This document shows positions 53,687 through 63,281 of a stretch of DNA of 64,000 nucleotides, in pieces. The DNA comes from Caulobacteraceae bacterium (GTDB lineage Bacteria; Pseudomonadota; Alphaproteobacteria; Caulobacterales; Caulobacteraceae). Position 1 is the stretch's first letter, and every line of letters starts with the position of its first letter. The translations under genes and the position numbers were made by a program. Below the pieces are notes generated by a model. That model was not told where the DNA came from, made no database searches, and saw nothing but the letters and a program-made list of their open reading frames with translations. The stretch is from NCBI GenBank assembly GCA_036276055.1, contig DATBEN010000208.1, forward strand, positions 174 to 64,173, read 5' to 3'.

Positions 53687-54565
53687 ATGCTCCATGAAGG
53701 GCCAATCAGAACCGGTATTGAACCAGCTGGCAATGTGTCGTGGGGCTCGCATATCTGTCTGTTCTACGAGACGGCGCAGGATCTGATCTGCGCCAATGCC
53801 GACTACTTCCGCGCAGGTCTCGAGGACGGTGAGTTTTGCCTGTGGGCGGTTTCGGATCCCCTCTCATGTGAGGTGGCGCTGCAGGGTCTGCGAGAGCGGA
53901 TCCCGGGCGTCGATGACCACATCGCGGCGGGGCGGATGGAGCTGGTGCCGGGCTACGGCTGGTACCTGCGCGGGAAGCCGTTCGATCCCCACCAGATCAC
54001 CGGCTATTGGCTGGCCAAGCTGGCCGAGGCGCAGAGAAGAGGGCGCCCTGGGCTGCGGGCGAGCGGCAACGCGTTCTGGCTCGAGGCGGACCTCTGGTGC
54101 GATTTCCGGCAATACGAGGCGGACCTCGACCATGCGCTCCACGACGTAAACATGATCGTGCTGTGCACCTATCCGTTGAACGGGAGCAGTTCGACCGACA
54201 TCCTGGAGGTGGCGCGGCTCCACAGGGGAGCCATCACCCGCCGCGATGGGCGTTGGGAGTTGCTGGAAACGCTGGATTCGTCCGAGCACCGTCGGTCCGG
54301 TTCGCTGGACGCCTCAGCCGAGGCGCTGGTGATGTCCTTTCCAGGCCATCACCTTCTGACGCCCAAGGAGCGGGTGGTGCTCTGGCAGCTGCTCAAGGGT
54401 GCTTCAGCCAAGGAGAGCGCTCGTTTGCTGGGCATCAGTCCGCGAACGGTGGAGTTCCACCGCGGCAACATCATGCGCAAGCTGGGCGCGCGCACCACCG
54501 CCGAGCTCTTCGCCAGGCTGCTGGTGGGCGAAGAGGCCGGCGCCCGCCTGCATGGAGCCGCCTGA
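53687..54565 (+). CDS. MEDS sensory domain + LuxR-type HTH regulator
   Basis: WGSHICLFYE, GLRASGN, VLCTYPL (MEDS); LTPKE...GISPRTVEFHRGNIMRKLG (LuxR). Confidence 0.85.
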   Translation: MLHEGPIRTGIEPAGNVSWGSHICLFYETAQDLICANADYFRAGLEDGEFCLWAVSDPLSCEVALQGLRERIPGVDDHIAAGRMELVPGYGWYLRGKPFDPHQITGYWLAKLAEAQRRGRPGLRASGNAFWLEADLWCDFRQYEADLDHALHDVNMIVLCTYPLNGSSSTDILEVARLHRGAITRRDGRWELLETLDSSEHRRSGSLDASAEALVMSFPGHHLLTPKERVVLWQLLKGASAKESARLLGISPRTVEFHRGNIMRKLGARTTAELFARLLVGEEAGARLHGAA

Positions 54566-54640
54566 TTTCACTGCGACCACCCACCACGGCAACGTTTTAA
54601 TCCGACCGACGTTTACTCGCCAAAGACGCAGGCCCGCGCC

Positions 54641-55297
54641 ATGTCCATGGAGAGGAAGCCCTTGAATAGACGTCTGTTCTGCGCGTCGGCCGTAGGGCTG
54701 GCGCTTCCGGGTCTGGCGTGGGCGCAGGAGCCGCCCCGGCGGGAGAACAACGCGCCGCAAGGTCGCCCGCCCGCGGGTGGAAGGCCGCCTCAGGGCCACG
54801 GCGGGCCCGCGCCCGGCGGTCGTCCTCCCGAGGGTCAAGGCCCGCGGCCGGGCGGCCCGGCGCCTGGCGGTGGTCGCCCACCCCAAGGTCCCGGCGGACG
54901 ACCCGGCGGTCGTCCCTCTGAAGGCCCTGTGGGGCGACCGGTTGCGCCTGGCCCCGGCGGCGGCCCTCGGCCTGGCGGAGCGCCCGGCGGACGGCCGCCC
55001 GGCGGACGGCCACCAGGGGGAACGCACCGCCCGGGCGAGGGCCGGCCGCCAGGCTTCCACACGATCCGCGGGCGTCCGTTCCGCTATCCGTCGGGCTATG
55101 GCTATCGCCGCTGGGCTATCGGGATGACGCTGCCGGCGCTGTTCCTGGGCTCGGCCTACTACTACTCCGACTATTACTCCCTGGGGCTCGAGCCTCCGCC
55201 TCCCGGATATCGCTGGGTGCGCTATGGACCTGACCTGCTGCTCGTGCAGGTTTTCACCGGGCGCGTCGCGGACGTGATCTACGGCGCATTTTACTAA
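54641..55297 (+). CDS. RcnB-family (DUF3315-like) exported protein with Pro/Gly-rich linker
   Basis: NRRLF Tat-like signal; YRRWAIG...LEPPPPGYRWVRYGPDLLLV...G.V.DVI. Confidence 0.8.
   Translation: MSMERKPLNRRLFCASAVGLALPGLAWAQEPPRRENNAPQGRPPAGGRPPQGHGGPAPGGRPPEGQGPRPGGPAPGGGRPPQGPGGRPGGRPSEGPVGRPVAPGPGGGPRPGGAPGGRPPGGRPPGGTHRPGEGRPPGFHTIRGRPFRYPSGYGYRRWAIGMTLPALFLGSAYYYSDYYSLGLEPPPPGYRWVRYGPDLLLVQVFTGRVADVIYGAFY
54761..55051 (+). repeat. Degenerate coding repeats (GGRPP units)
   Basis: Repeated GRPP/GGRP units within the RcnB-like ORF. Confidence 0.7.
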
Positions 55298-55415
55298 TTG
55301 GACTGCCGGGCGCTGCGGCAAGCGGCGCCCGGCTTTGGACATCGAGCGCGAGGTTCGTGGACTCCCGCCGAGCCCGGAGGCATGACCGGGGCTCGGCATG
55401 GGGAGGGCGAGAGCG

Positions 55416-56234
55416 ATGGCGCATCGATGGATGGCGGCGGCGGCCGCCTTGATCCTGATCGCCGGCGAGGCCCGTTCGGGACCCGCGCCGGGCACAGCGG
55501 CATCTCTCGCCGACGCCTATCGCGCGATCCACGCCGCCCGGATGGTGGACCTCACCCACGCCTTCGCGCCGGGCATACCGCATTGGAAGGGTTTCCCGGA
55601 CGAGGTCGTCCGTACCCCCTTCACGCAGCAAAAGGACGGCTTCACGGCTCAGGTGTTCACCCACGTCGGCCAGTGGGGAACGCACGTGGATGCGCCGGCG
55701 CATTTCCACCAGGGTCTCGACACCGTCGATACGGTCGACCCTGCGCAGTTCATCCTGCCTCTGGTGGTGCTCGACATCCACCGCAAGGCCGCGGCTAACC
55801 CCGACTATCAGGTGTCGATGGCCGACGTGCGGGCCTGGGAAGTGCGCCACGGCCCGGTCCCGGCCGGCGCCTTCGTCGCCCTACGCACTGACTGGTCCAA
55901 GCGCTGGCCCAGCCAGGCGGCGTTCCAGAACAAGGACAGGGCAGGGGTGTTCCATTATCCCGGCTGGAGCCTGCCGGTGCTCAAGTATCTTTATGAGGCG
56001 CGCCACATCGCAGCGTCAGGTCATGAGACCTCGGACACCGATCCCGGCTTCCGAGCCTACAAGGACGATTTCTCGCTGGAGAGCTATGTGCTCGGCCTGG
56101 ACCACTTCCAGATCGAGTTCCTGGCCAATCTTGACAAGGTCCCGGAGGCAGGCGCCCTCGTCATGGTCGCCTTCCCAAAGGCGCTGGGCGGGACCGGGTT
56201 TCCGGCTAGGGTCGTGGCCATCGTCCCGCGCTGA
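55416..56234 (+). CDS. Cyclase family (kynurenine formamidase-like) exported metallohydrolase
   Basis: VDLTH, QWGTHVDAPAHF, ALRTDWS, GHETSDTD, GTGFPARVVA. Confidence 0.88.
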   Translation: MAHRWMAAAAALILIAGEARSGPAPGTAASLADAYRAIHAARMVDLTHAFAPGIPHWKGFPDEVVRTPFTQQKDGFTAQVFTHVGQWGTHVDAPAHFHQGLDTVDTVDPAQFILPLVVLDIHRKAAANPDYQVSMADVRAWEVRHGPVPAGAFVALRTDWSKRWPSQAAFQNKDRAGVFHYPGWSLPVLKYLYEARHIAASGHETSDTDPGFRAYKDDFSLESYVLGLDHFQIEFLANLDKVPEAGALVMVAFPKALGGTGFPARVVAIVPR

Positions 56235-56249
56235 GGCGGGAGACGTCAG

Positions 56250-56432
56250 TCAGCGCGCGGGCTGGTTGGTGGCGGCCATGCGGCTGAGCGCCCGCGCTTC
56301 TTCTGCTTCGGCCATTGCCGTCCAGATCGCGGCCGCGCGCCGGCGCTGTTCACGAACACGATCGAGGGTCGCGGCTTCAGCGAAGGCCAGCGCCTCGCGC
56401 TCCCTCGCGCGGTACTCTTCCGCCTTGGTCAT
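56250..56432 (-). CDS. Small hypothetical protein downstream of the cold-shock gene
   Basis: GGGAGG upstream; helical 60-aa ORF filling the gap. Confidence 0.55.
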   Translation of the reverse strand: MTKAEEYRAREREALAFAEAATLDRVREQRRRAAAIWTAMAEAEEARALSRMAATNQPAR

Positions 56433-56465
56433 TCCAGTGATGTAGTCCTCCCGCAGCGACGGACA

Positions 56466-56489
56466 ACGGCCGGCGCGAAGGCCGGCCGT
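56466..56489 (-). terminator. Hairpin after the cold-shock gene
   Basis: ACGGCCGGC-GCGAAG-GCCGGCCGT; weak U tract. Confidence 0.45.
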
Positions 56490-56502
56490 CCAAGGCGTTC
56501 CG

Positions 56503-56712
56503 TCAGGCCGCTTGCAGCTGGCCGGCCGAGGTCTTGCCCGTGCGCTTGTCGCGCTCGAGTTCGAAGCTGACCTTCTGGCCTTCCTGCAGCGAGGTCATGC
56601 CGGCGCGTTCCACGGCCGAGATGTGGACGAAGACGTCGCCGCCGCCGTCATCAGGCTGAATGAAGCCGAAGCCCTTTTGGCCGTTGAACCATTTCACAGT
56701 ACCGATAGTCAT
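56503..56712 (-). CDS. cspA: Cold-shock protein
   Basis: [21 protein letters not shown]. Confidence 0.96.
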   Translation of the reverse strand: MTIGTVKWFNGQKGFGFIQPDDGGGDVFVHISAVERAGMTSLQEGQKVSFELERDKRTGKTSAGQLQAA

Positions 56713-56986
56713 TGGTTTTCCCTTTCCGGGTGCAAAGTCTCGCGCCCACGATGGGCGGCGAGTTCAAATTCTCGGACAGGATCGAAAACCAGAGCAGGGC
56801 CGAAATCTGCGATTGCGGCTAAGGCGTCAGGCGAGCCTAAGCGATATTTGACTGATGAAGAGTGGGCCATCGCGCTCCATTTGGCAAGCGATTTCGGGAA
56901 AACCCTACGTTTCCACCGCGGTAGTCGCGCCAAGACACTGTCCCACATGGCGGTTATCATGGCCGCGTTCCAATGCCGGAGGGATC

Positions 56987-57937
56987 ATGTCCGCCGCTTC
57001 CACCGAGGCCGGATCCTGGCCGTCCCTGCCATACCCTGCGTGGCAGGAGACCTACCGCACCCTTCATCTCCGGACCCAGGTCGTCGGCAAGGTGCGCCTG
57101 GCGCTCACGCCCTGGCTCAACCACTCATGGCAGGTCCCGCTCTATCTTTCCTCCCGTGGGCTGACGACCGGCGTCATCTACCACCAGGATGGCCCGCTCG
57201 ACCTGGAGTTCGACTTCGCCAGCTCGGTGCTCCGCGTCCGGACGCCCGAGCGTGAGGGCGATCTTCCGCTTGAGAAGGGTTCTGTCGCTGAGTTCTACCG
57301 ACGGCTGATGGATCTGCTCGAGGCGCTGGGCCGGCCGGTCCGCATCCATGCGTTTCCCAACGAGCTGCCCGAGGCGGTCGCCTTCGACCTGGACCGCGCC
57401 CACCGCGCCTACAGCCCGGATCAGGCGTTGCAATTCTTCGCGGTTCTTTCCCTGGCGGATCGCGTGCTCAAGCGCTTCCGGACCGCCTTCCTGGGCAAGG
57501 CGAGCCCGACCCACTTCTTCTGGGGCAGTTTCGACCTGGCCGTCACCCGCTTCTCGGGTCGCCGGGCGCCGCCTCATCCCGGCGGGGTTCCCCACCTCCC
57601 GGACGCGATCGTGCGTGAGGCCTATTCCCACGAAGTCAGCAGCGCCGGTTTCTGGCCGGGCGGCGAAGCCCGCCCCGAAGCGGTGTTCTATTCCTACGCC
57701 TATCCTGAGCCGCCGGGTTTCCGGGACGCCCAGGTGCAGTCGTCGGGGGCGGGGTACGATCCGGCCATGGGCGAATTCGTCCTGCCCTACGACGCCTTGC
57801 GCCGCCTGCCGGATCCGGAAGCCGCTCTGCTCGACTTCCTCCAGACGACCTACGCCGCCGCCGCGGATCTCGCCCACTGGGATCGCGCGGCGCTCGACTG
57901 CGGCCTCGGCGAGCCCGGTCAACCTCGCAAGGTCTAG
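56987..57937 (+). CDS. DUF5996 family protein
   Basis: TLHLRTQVVGKVRLA, NHSW, HFFWGSFDLAVTRFSG, EAYSHEVSSAGFWPG. Confidence 0.85.
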   Translation: MSAASTEAGSWPSLPYPAWQETYRTLHLRTQVVGKVRLALTPWLNHSWQVPLYLSSRGLTTGVIYHQDGPLDLEFDFASSVLRVRTPEREGDLPLEKGSVAEFYRRLMDLLEALGRPVRIHAFPNELPEAVAFDLDRAHRAYSPDQALQFFAVLSLADRVLKRFRTAFLGKASPTHFFWGSFDLAVTRFSGRRAPPHPGGVPHLPDAIVREAYSHEVSSAGFWPGGEARPEAVFYSYAYPEPPGFRDAQVQSSGAGYDPAMGEFVLPYDALRRLPDPEAALLDFLQTTYAAAADLAHWDRAALDCGLGEPGQPRKV

Positions 57938-57970
57938 GTTCGCGGCCCGACGACAAACGCCGGCCTGCCC

Positions 57971-58011
57971 GTTCGCCGTATGTTCCATGCGAGGTCGCGG
58001 GCGCCTACCTT
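57971..58011 (+). promoter_or_regulatory. LexA box overlapping a probable leaderless promoter of the AlkB-like gene
   Basis: GTTC-GCCGTAT-GTTC at 57971-57985; TTCCAT-N17-TACCTT; ATG lies 7 nt after the -10. Confidence 0.7.
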
Positions 58012-58018
58012 CTCGGAC

Positions 58019-58594
58019 ATGTCCGCGATCCAGCCAGACCTGTTCGCGCCTGCGCCGGTCGGTCTTCCCGATGGCTTCCTCTACCGGCCCGAGTTCATCC
58101 CGGAGGCGCAGGCGCGCAAGCTCGTCGATCGGTTCGCCGATCTCGATTTCCGCCCGTATGAGTTCCGCGGCTTCCTCGCCAATCGACGCGTGGTCTCGTT
58201 CGGTCGGGTTTATGACGCGGCAGGCGGAGGTCTCGAATCCGGTCCGCCGATCCCGGAGTTTCTGCTGCCTCTGCGCGCTCAGGCGGCCGCGTTCGCCGGC
58301 GTCAAGGACGCCAGCCTGAAGCACGTCCTGATCAATGAATACCGGCCGGGCGCCAGCATCGGCTGGCATCGTGATCGGCCGCAGTTCGGGGATGTCATCG
58401 GCGTGTCCCTGGGCGCGCCGGGCCTGCTTCGCTTCCGCCGGCGCCGCGGCGCCGGCTGGGAACGGGCGGCGATCACCGCGGAGCCACGATCAGCCTACCT
58501 GCTGCGAGGACCGGCGCGCCGCGATTGGCAGCACAGTCTCCCTGAGCTCGATGCTCTCCGTTACTCGGTCACCTTCCGCACTCTCGCGGTTTAG
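58019..58594 (+). CDS. AlkB-like 2OG-Fe(II) dioxygenase
   Basis: LINEYRPGASIGWHRD (HxD), GVSLG, WQHS, RYSVTFR; N-terminal QPDLF. Confidence 0.88.
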   Translation: MSAIQPDLFAPAPVGLPDGFLYRPEFIPEAQARKLVDRFADLDFRPYEFRGFLANRRVVSFGRVYDAAGGGLESGPPIPEFLLPLRAQAAAFAGVKDASLKHVLINEYRPGASIGWHRDRPQFGDVIGVSLGAPGLLRFRRRRGAGWERAAITAEPRSAYLLRGPARRDWQHSLPELDALRYSVTFRTLAV

Positions 58595-58716
58595 CCATCG
58601 CCCTGCGACGCATTACCAGGCGCGGGTCCCCGTCTGACCGCAACCCAGGTCCGCCCACCTTCGTTCGTACGAACCTGGGGTTGGGCGCTCCAAAGCCTCT
58701 GACCGGGACGTCGCGA

Positions 58717-61149
58717 ATGATCCCAGCCAAGGCGCCTTCCCACCGGCGCTCGAGACATCCGTTCCTGCTTTTGGTTGCGGCCTTCACCCTGGCTACCGCA
58801 CCGCGTGCCAGCCCGGCCGTAGCCGCGACCCCGGCCCCGGCGAGTTCTGCTGCGCCGGCGCCGGCGCCTGTGGCGTTGGTCCCAAAACCCGCGCCACGCC
58901 CTGCGGCCAAGCCCGCGTCGTCGCCATCCGCGCCGCTCGGAGGGGTCGATGTCGCAGCCGACAACCAGGCGCTCGCCAAGCTCGCCTTCGACCTGCCGCG
59001 CACCACCAAGGACGCGCCTCTGGCCGCCATGACCCAGCAGGCCGGCGCGATCGAGGCGGCGGCGCACACGGTCCTCGTCATAGACCTGGCGAAGTCCGCC
59101 GCAGACGCTTTGGCCCTGCGTCGCCTTCCCGCGCGCCGCCACCTCCCTGAGATGGCGCAGCGCCAACGCAGCGCCCTGCTCGCGCACCAGGCCGCCGCCC
59201 AGGCCCAGGCGATGCAGATGCAGGCGCTGGTCGAACGCGCCGGCCAGATCTACGGTCAGATCGCGGAGCGACGGCGCGAGGGCTTCAGCGGCCGCGTCCT
59301 CCAGCGCGCCCCTTCGCCGATTTCGCCCGTCTTCTGGACGTCGCTTGCCAACGCCATCGGCGGCGACTTCCACCGTCTGGCCTGGACAGTGCGGAGCATG
59401 GCGCAGGTGGCCGAGCGCGCGCCGGAGCCGCGAGGCGTCGCGGGGCTGCTCGTCGGCGTCCTCACGGCGATCGTGCTTGTCTGGCCCGCACGGCGTCTGC
59501 TCGATCATCTGGGTTGGAACCGCGCCCGGCGGCTCGGCTTGCGTGGCGCGGCCCAGATCGTCGCGGTGATCTGGCGCGTGATGGTCGAGGTAGCGGCGCC
59601 CACCGCGGGGGCCGCGGCGGTCCGCCTGGGGGCGCAGTGGGGCGGCCTCCTCGCGCCAGCGACTGACGAGCTCAGCGCCGCTGCGGTCGGAGCCATCGCC
59701 TGGGCGGCCGCCGTGATCGCCCTCGGCCGAGGCTTGGCCACCGCGCGCGACCCGAAGCATCGTCTGCTGTCGATCGACGACAGCGAGGCGGCGCGCGCAC
59801 GGGTGTCCCTGTGGGTGGTGGCGCTGATCACCGCCGCCGGCTTCTTCCTTCAGAAGCTGAGCCGGGTCGCCGGCGCAAGCATCGAGGCGACCATTGCCGC
59901 CGACTGCGCCACCTCCATCGCCTACGCCGCCGTAGCCTTTCTGGTGCTGGCCAGTTTCGGCCGCTCGGAGAGCGCGCCGGACGCCGGCCAGGCGGTGGCG
60001 CGCGCGCCGGCGTGGACGCTGGCTTCGCTCGTCCTGGCGGTCGCTATCGTGGCCACCGTGGGCGCGGTGCTGCTCGGCTACGCCACCCTGGCGGCGCTGA
60101 TCTCCGGCCAGATCTTCTGGCTGAGCGTCATCGCCGCCGTCACCTACCTCGCGCTGCGCTTGGTCGACGATGTTCTGGGCGCCCTGTTCGGCGAGCAGGG
60201 GCGTCTCGTGGCCGCCATGCGGCAGCTGTTCGGTCTCAGCGCCTCCACGGTCGTCCAGGCGGGATTGCTGATCTCGGCGGCCCTCCAGGTGCTGATCATC
60301 CTGGTGGCGGTGTTGATGGCCCTCACGCCCTTCGGTGAGAGCGGCCAGCTCTTCGTGACCCACCTGCGCGCCTTCGGCAGCGACGTGCGCGTGGGCAAGG
60401 CGACCATCTCGCCCGTGGGCCTCGCCGGCGGGCTCGTGACCTTCCTGATCGGCGTCGGCCTCTCGCACGTGGCCCGCCGCTGGGTGGTCCGGCGGTACCT
60501 GCCTGTGACCCACTGGGACGCCGGTGTGCGCAACTCCGTGGCCACGGGAGTGGCCTACATCGGAGCCGGCGTCGCCCTGATCTGCGCCCTGGCAGTCACG
60601 GGCGTGGGTGTCGCCCAGATCGCCCTGGTCGCGAGCGCCCTCTCGGTGGGCGTGGGGTTCGGCCTTCAGCAGATCGTCCAGAACTTCGTCGCTGGCGTCA
60701 TCCTGCTGATCGAGCGCCCGGTGAAGGTTGGCGACTGGATCAACGTCGGCGGGGTGGAGGGCGACGTCCAGGCCCTCAAGGTCCGCGCCACCGACATCCG
60801 GGGCCTCGACGGCTCGACCGTCATCGTCCCCAATTCCAGCCTGATCACGACCAATGTGGTGAACAAGACGCTGGGCGCGTCGCGGACCCGCATCCAGCTC
60901 CAGGTGACCGTCACCAAGCCCTGCGACATCCGCCGGGCGCGCGACGCCATCCTCCAGCTCGCCGCCTCGTGTGGTGATGTCCTGAAGGCGCCCGGTCCGG
61001 AGGTCTTCGTCGACGCCCTCACCGCCGGCGGGGGCGCGAACCTCGACGCCTGGCTCTACATCGGCGATCCGCGCGCCGCCGTGCGGGTGAAGAGCGAGCT
61101 CTATCTCTCGCTCGTCGACGCCTTCGAGAAGGCGGGCATCGCGATGTGA
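58717..61149 (+). CDS. MscS-family mechanosensitive channel with DUF3772-type N-terminal region
   Basis: ALSVGVGFGLQQIVQNFVAGVILLIERPVKVGDW, VIVPNS; multiple TM segments. Confidence 0.9.
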   Translation: MIPAKAPSHRRSRHPFLLLVAAFTLATAPRASPAVAATPAPASSAAPAPAPVALVPKPAPRPAAKPASSPSAPLGGVDVAADNQALAKLAFDLPRTTKDAPLAAMTQQAGAIEAAAHTVLVIDLAKSAADALALRRLPARRHLPEMAQRQRSALLAHQAAAQAQAMQMQALVERAGQIYGQIAERRREGFSGRVLQRAPSPISPVFWTSLANAIGGDFHRLAWTVRSMAQVAERAPEPRGVAGLLVGVLTAIVLVWPARRLLDHLGWNRARRLGLRGAAQIVAVIWRVMVEVAAPTAGAAAVRLGAQWGGLLAPATDELSAAAVGAIAWAAAVIALGRGLATARDPKHRLLSIDDSEAARARVSLWVVALITAAGFFLQKLSRVAGASIEATIAADCATSIAYAAVAFLVLASFGRSESAPDAGQAVARAPAWTLASLVLAVAIVATVGAVLLGYATLAALISGQIFWLSVIAAVTYLALRLVDDVLGALFGEQGRLVAAMRQLFGLSASTVVQAGLLISAALQVLIILVAVLMALTPFGESGQLFVTHLRAFGSDVRVGKATISPVGLAGGLVTFLIGVGLSHVARRWVVRRYLPVTHWDAGVRNSVATGVAYIGAGVALICALAVTGVGVAQIALVASALSVGVGFGLQQIVQNFVAGVILLIERPVKVGDWINVGGVEGDVQALKVRATDIRGLDGSTVIVPNSSLITTNVVNKTLGASRTRIQLQVTVTKPCDIRRARDAILQLAASCGDVLKAPGPEVFVDALTAGGGANLDAWLYIGDPRAAVRVKSELYLSLVDAFEKAGIAM

Positions 61150-61173
61150 CGCAGCTTGGGCGTAAATCGGCCC

Positions 61174-62613
61174 ATGAGCGCCCCCTTCAGCGCGGCCTGC
61201 GACGCGGCCCTCGCGCGATCGGCCGCCGGTCGGCGGCGCAGCGCGCGCCCGCGCCTGGTCCTGATCACGTGCATCCTGGCGTCCGGTCTCGCTTTCGTGG
61301 ACGGATCGGTGGTGAACGTCGGCTTGCCCGCCATCGGACGCAGCCTCGCCGCGCGATCCGAGGGCCTGCAGTGGGTCGTCAACGCCTATCTCCTGCCGCT
61401 CAGCGCCCTGCTGCTGCTGGGTGGGGCCGCCGGCGACCGCTATGGCCGCCGACGCCTGCTCATCGCCGGTACGGGCCTCTTCGCCGTTTCCTCCCTCGGT
61501 TGCGCGATCGCCCCGAGCCTCGGTCTCCTCCTGGCCGCGCGCCTGCTGCAGGGCGTCGGCGCGGCGATGCTGATGCCCAACAGCCTCGCCATCCTGGGCT
61601 CGACCTTCGAAGGCGAGGCCAAGGGCCCCGCGATCGGGATCTGGGCCGCCTCGGGCGCGGCGCTGGGGGCGATCGGACCGGTCATCGGCGGGTGGCTGAT
61701 CGACCTGGGCAGCTGGCGCGCGATCTTCCTGATCAACCTGCCGATCGCCGCCGGGGCGATCCTGCTGGCCTGGCGATATGTTCCGGGCGATCCCGATGAA
61801 CGCGGCCAGCCCCTCGACGCCTGGGGCGGCGCCTTGGCGACAGTCGGGCTCGGGGTGCTCACCTGGGCCCTCACGACCGGGTCGGGGCGGGGCGGCTGCA
61901 CCTCGGTCGCCATCGCTGGCGCTCTCGTTTCGGTGGGCCTGTTGGGCGCCTTCATGCTGGTGGAACACCGGCGTGGCGACCGGGCCATGATGCCGCTGGC
62001 GATGTTCGGTTCGAAGACCTTTGTGGGCCTGACCCTGTTGACCCTGCTCCTGTACGGGGCGTTGGGCGGCCTGTTCGTCCTCGTCCCCTACGTCCTGATC
62101 AAGGCGGCGGGCTACAGCGGCGTGGCCGCTGGCGCGGCGCTCCTGCCTTTGCCGATCGTTCTGGGCGTAACCTCGCCGTTCATGGGCGCCCTGGCCGCGC
62201 GGATCGGACCCCGACTGCCGCTAGCGGTCGGTCCGCTGATCGTCGCAGCCGGCTTCCTGCTGGCGTTCCGAATCCACGCGCCCGCCGATTTCCTGACCCA
62301 GGTCCTGCCGGCGATCCTGATCATCGCCATCGGCATGAGCGGCGCGGTGGCCCCACTGACGACGGCGGTGCTGACCTCGGTGGACGAGCGCCACACCGGG
62401 TCGGCTTCGGGCCTCAACAGCGCCGTGGCGCGGACCGGCGGCCTGGTCGCCACCGCCCTGTTGGGCTCGGTGCTCGCCGCCGCGGGCGCGCCGCTCATCG
62501 CCGCCTTCCACGCCGCCATGCTCGTCGCGGCCGCCGCGTGCCTCGCTGCCTCCTTGAGCGCCTTCGCCCTGATCGCGCCGGCGCCGCGGCCCCGACCTAC
62601 GAAGCCTGCCTGA
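61174..62613 (+). CDS. MFS transporter, DHA2/EmrB-like
   Basis: LAFVDGSVVNVGLP, WVVNAYLL, GDRYGRR, WRAIFLINLP. Confidence 0.92.
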   Translation: MSAPFSAACDAALARSAAGRRRSARPRLVLITCILASGLAFVDGSVVNVGLPAIGRSLAARSEGLQWVVNAYLLPLSALLLLGGAAGDRYGRRRLLIAGTGLFAVSSLGCAIAPSLGLLLAARLLQGVGAAMLMPNSLAILGSTFEGEAKGPAIGIWAASGAALGAIGPVIGGWLIDLGSWRAIFLINLPIAAGAILLAWRYVPGDPDERGQPLDAWGGALATVGLGVLTWALTTGSGRGGCTSVAIAGALVSVGLLGAFMLVEHRRGDRAMMPLAMFGSKTFVGLTLLTLLLYGALGGLFVLVPYVLIKAAGYSGVAAGAALLPLPIVLGVTSPFMGALAARIGPRLPLAVGPLIVAAGFLLAFRIHAPADFLTQVLPAILIIAIGMSGAVAPLTTAVLTSVDERHTGSASGLNSAVARTGGLVATALLGSVLAAAGAPLIAAFHAAMLVAAAACLAASLSAFALIAPAPRPRPTKPA

Positions 62614-62621
62614 TCCGGCGG

Positions 62622-63218
62622 TCAGCGACCGGCCGCGAGCCAATCGGCCAGCGCCAGCTCGTCGGTGGGCCGGGTCTCCGCGCCAAATGCCTGCTGCATG
62701 ATATCGAGCGCCCAGGCTTTGCGCTGGCGGCTGTTGGCGGCCGTCGCGTCGCCGGGGATCCAGAGGTCGTACTCGCGCATGTGCGCATCCGCGGCGGTGA
62801 ACAGGATGCAGATGTCCGCTGCGACGCCCGTCAGGATCACCCGGTCGGCCCCGAGCTTCGGCAGCAGGACTGGCAGGTTCGTGGCGTAGAAGCCCGAGAG
62901 CTGCGGCTTGATCACGAAGTAATCGTCCTCGCGGGGCGCGAGCCTCTCAACCATCCTGGCCCCGGCCGTTCCGGCCCGACGGCAATGATCCACGAGGCGC
63001 GAGCGCTCGGAATGCCACTGGCCGAAGTTGTCATTGACATAGACGACCGGCGCGCCTCGCCTGTCGGCCTCGTCCCTCAGCTTCAGGATGACGTCGGCGA
63101 CCGGCTCGATCTCGGCGATCAGTCCCTCGGCCCCCGGGAAGTCGAGGTCATTGATCATGTCGATGATCAGGAGGGCGGCGCCTCCCGTGGCGCCATTTTC
63201 GATGCTGGCGTCGTTCAT
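62622..63218 (-). CDS. Isochorismatase/cysteine hydrolase family protein
   Basis: ALLIIDMINDL, VIKP, GVAADICIL (Asp-Lys-Cys triad). Confidence 0.88.
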   Translation of the reverse strand: MNDASIENGATGGAALLIIDMINDLDFPGAEGLIAEIEPVADVILKLRDEADRRGAPVVYVNDNFGQWHSERSRLVDHCRRAGTAGARMVERLAPREDDYFVIKPQLSGFYATNLPVLLPKLGADRVILTGVAADICILFTAADAHMREYDLWIPGDATAANSRQRKAWALDIMQQAFGAETRPTDELALADWLAAGR

Positions 63219-63281
63219 GCGTCCGTCGCGATCCTTTCCAATCCGGCGGAGCGGTGCGGCGCTGACCGCGCCCAATGACCC

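Noticed and set aside
54761-55051. Repeat-rich tract considered as a CRISPR or VNTR array
   Set aside because: Repeats are degenerate, codon-phased and coding, with no spacers or cas genes.
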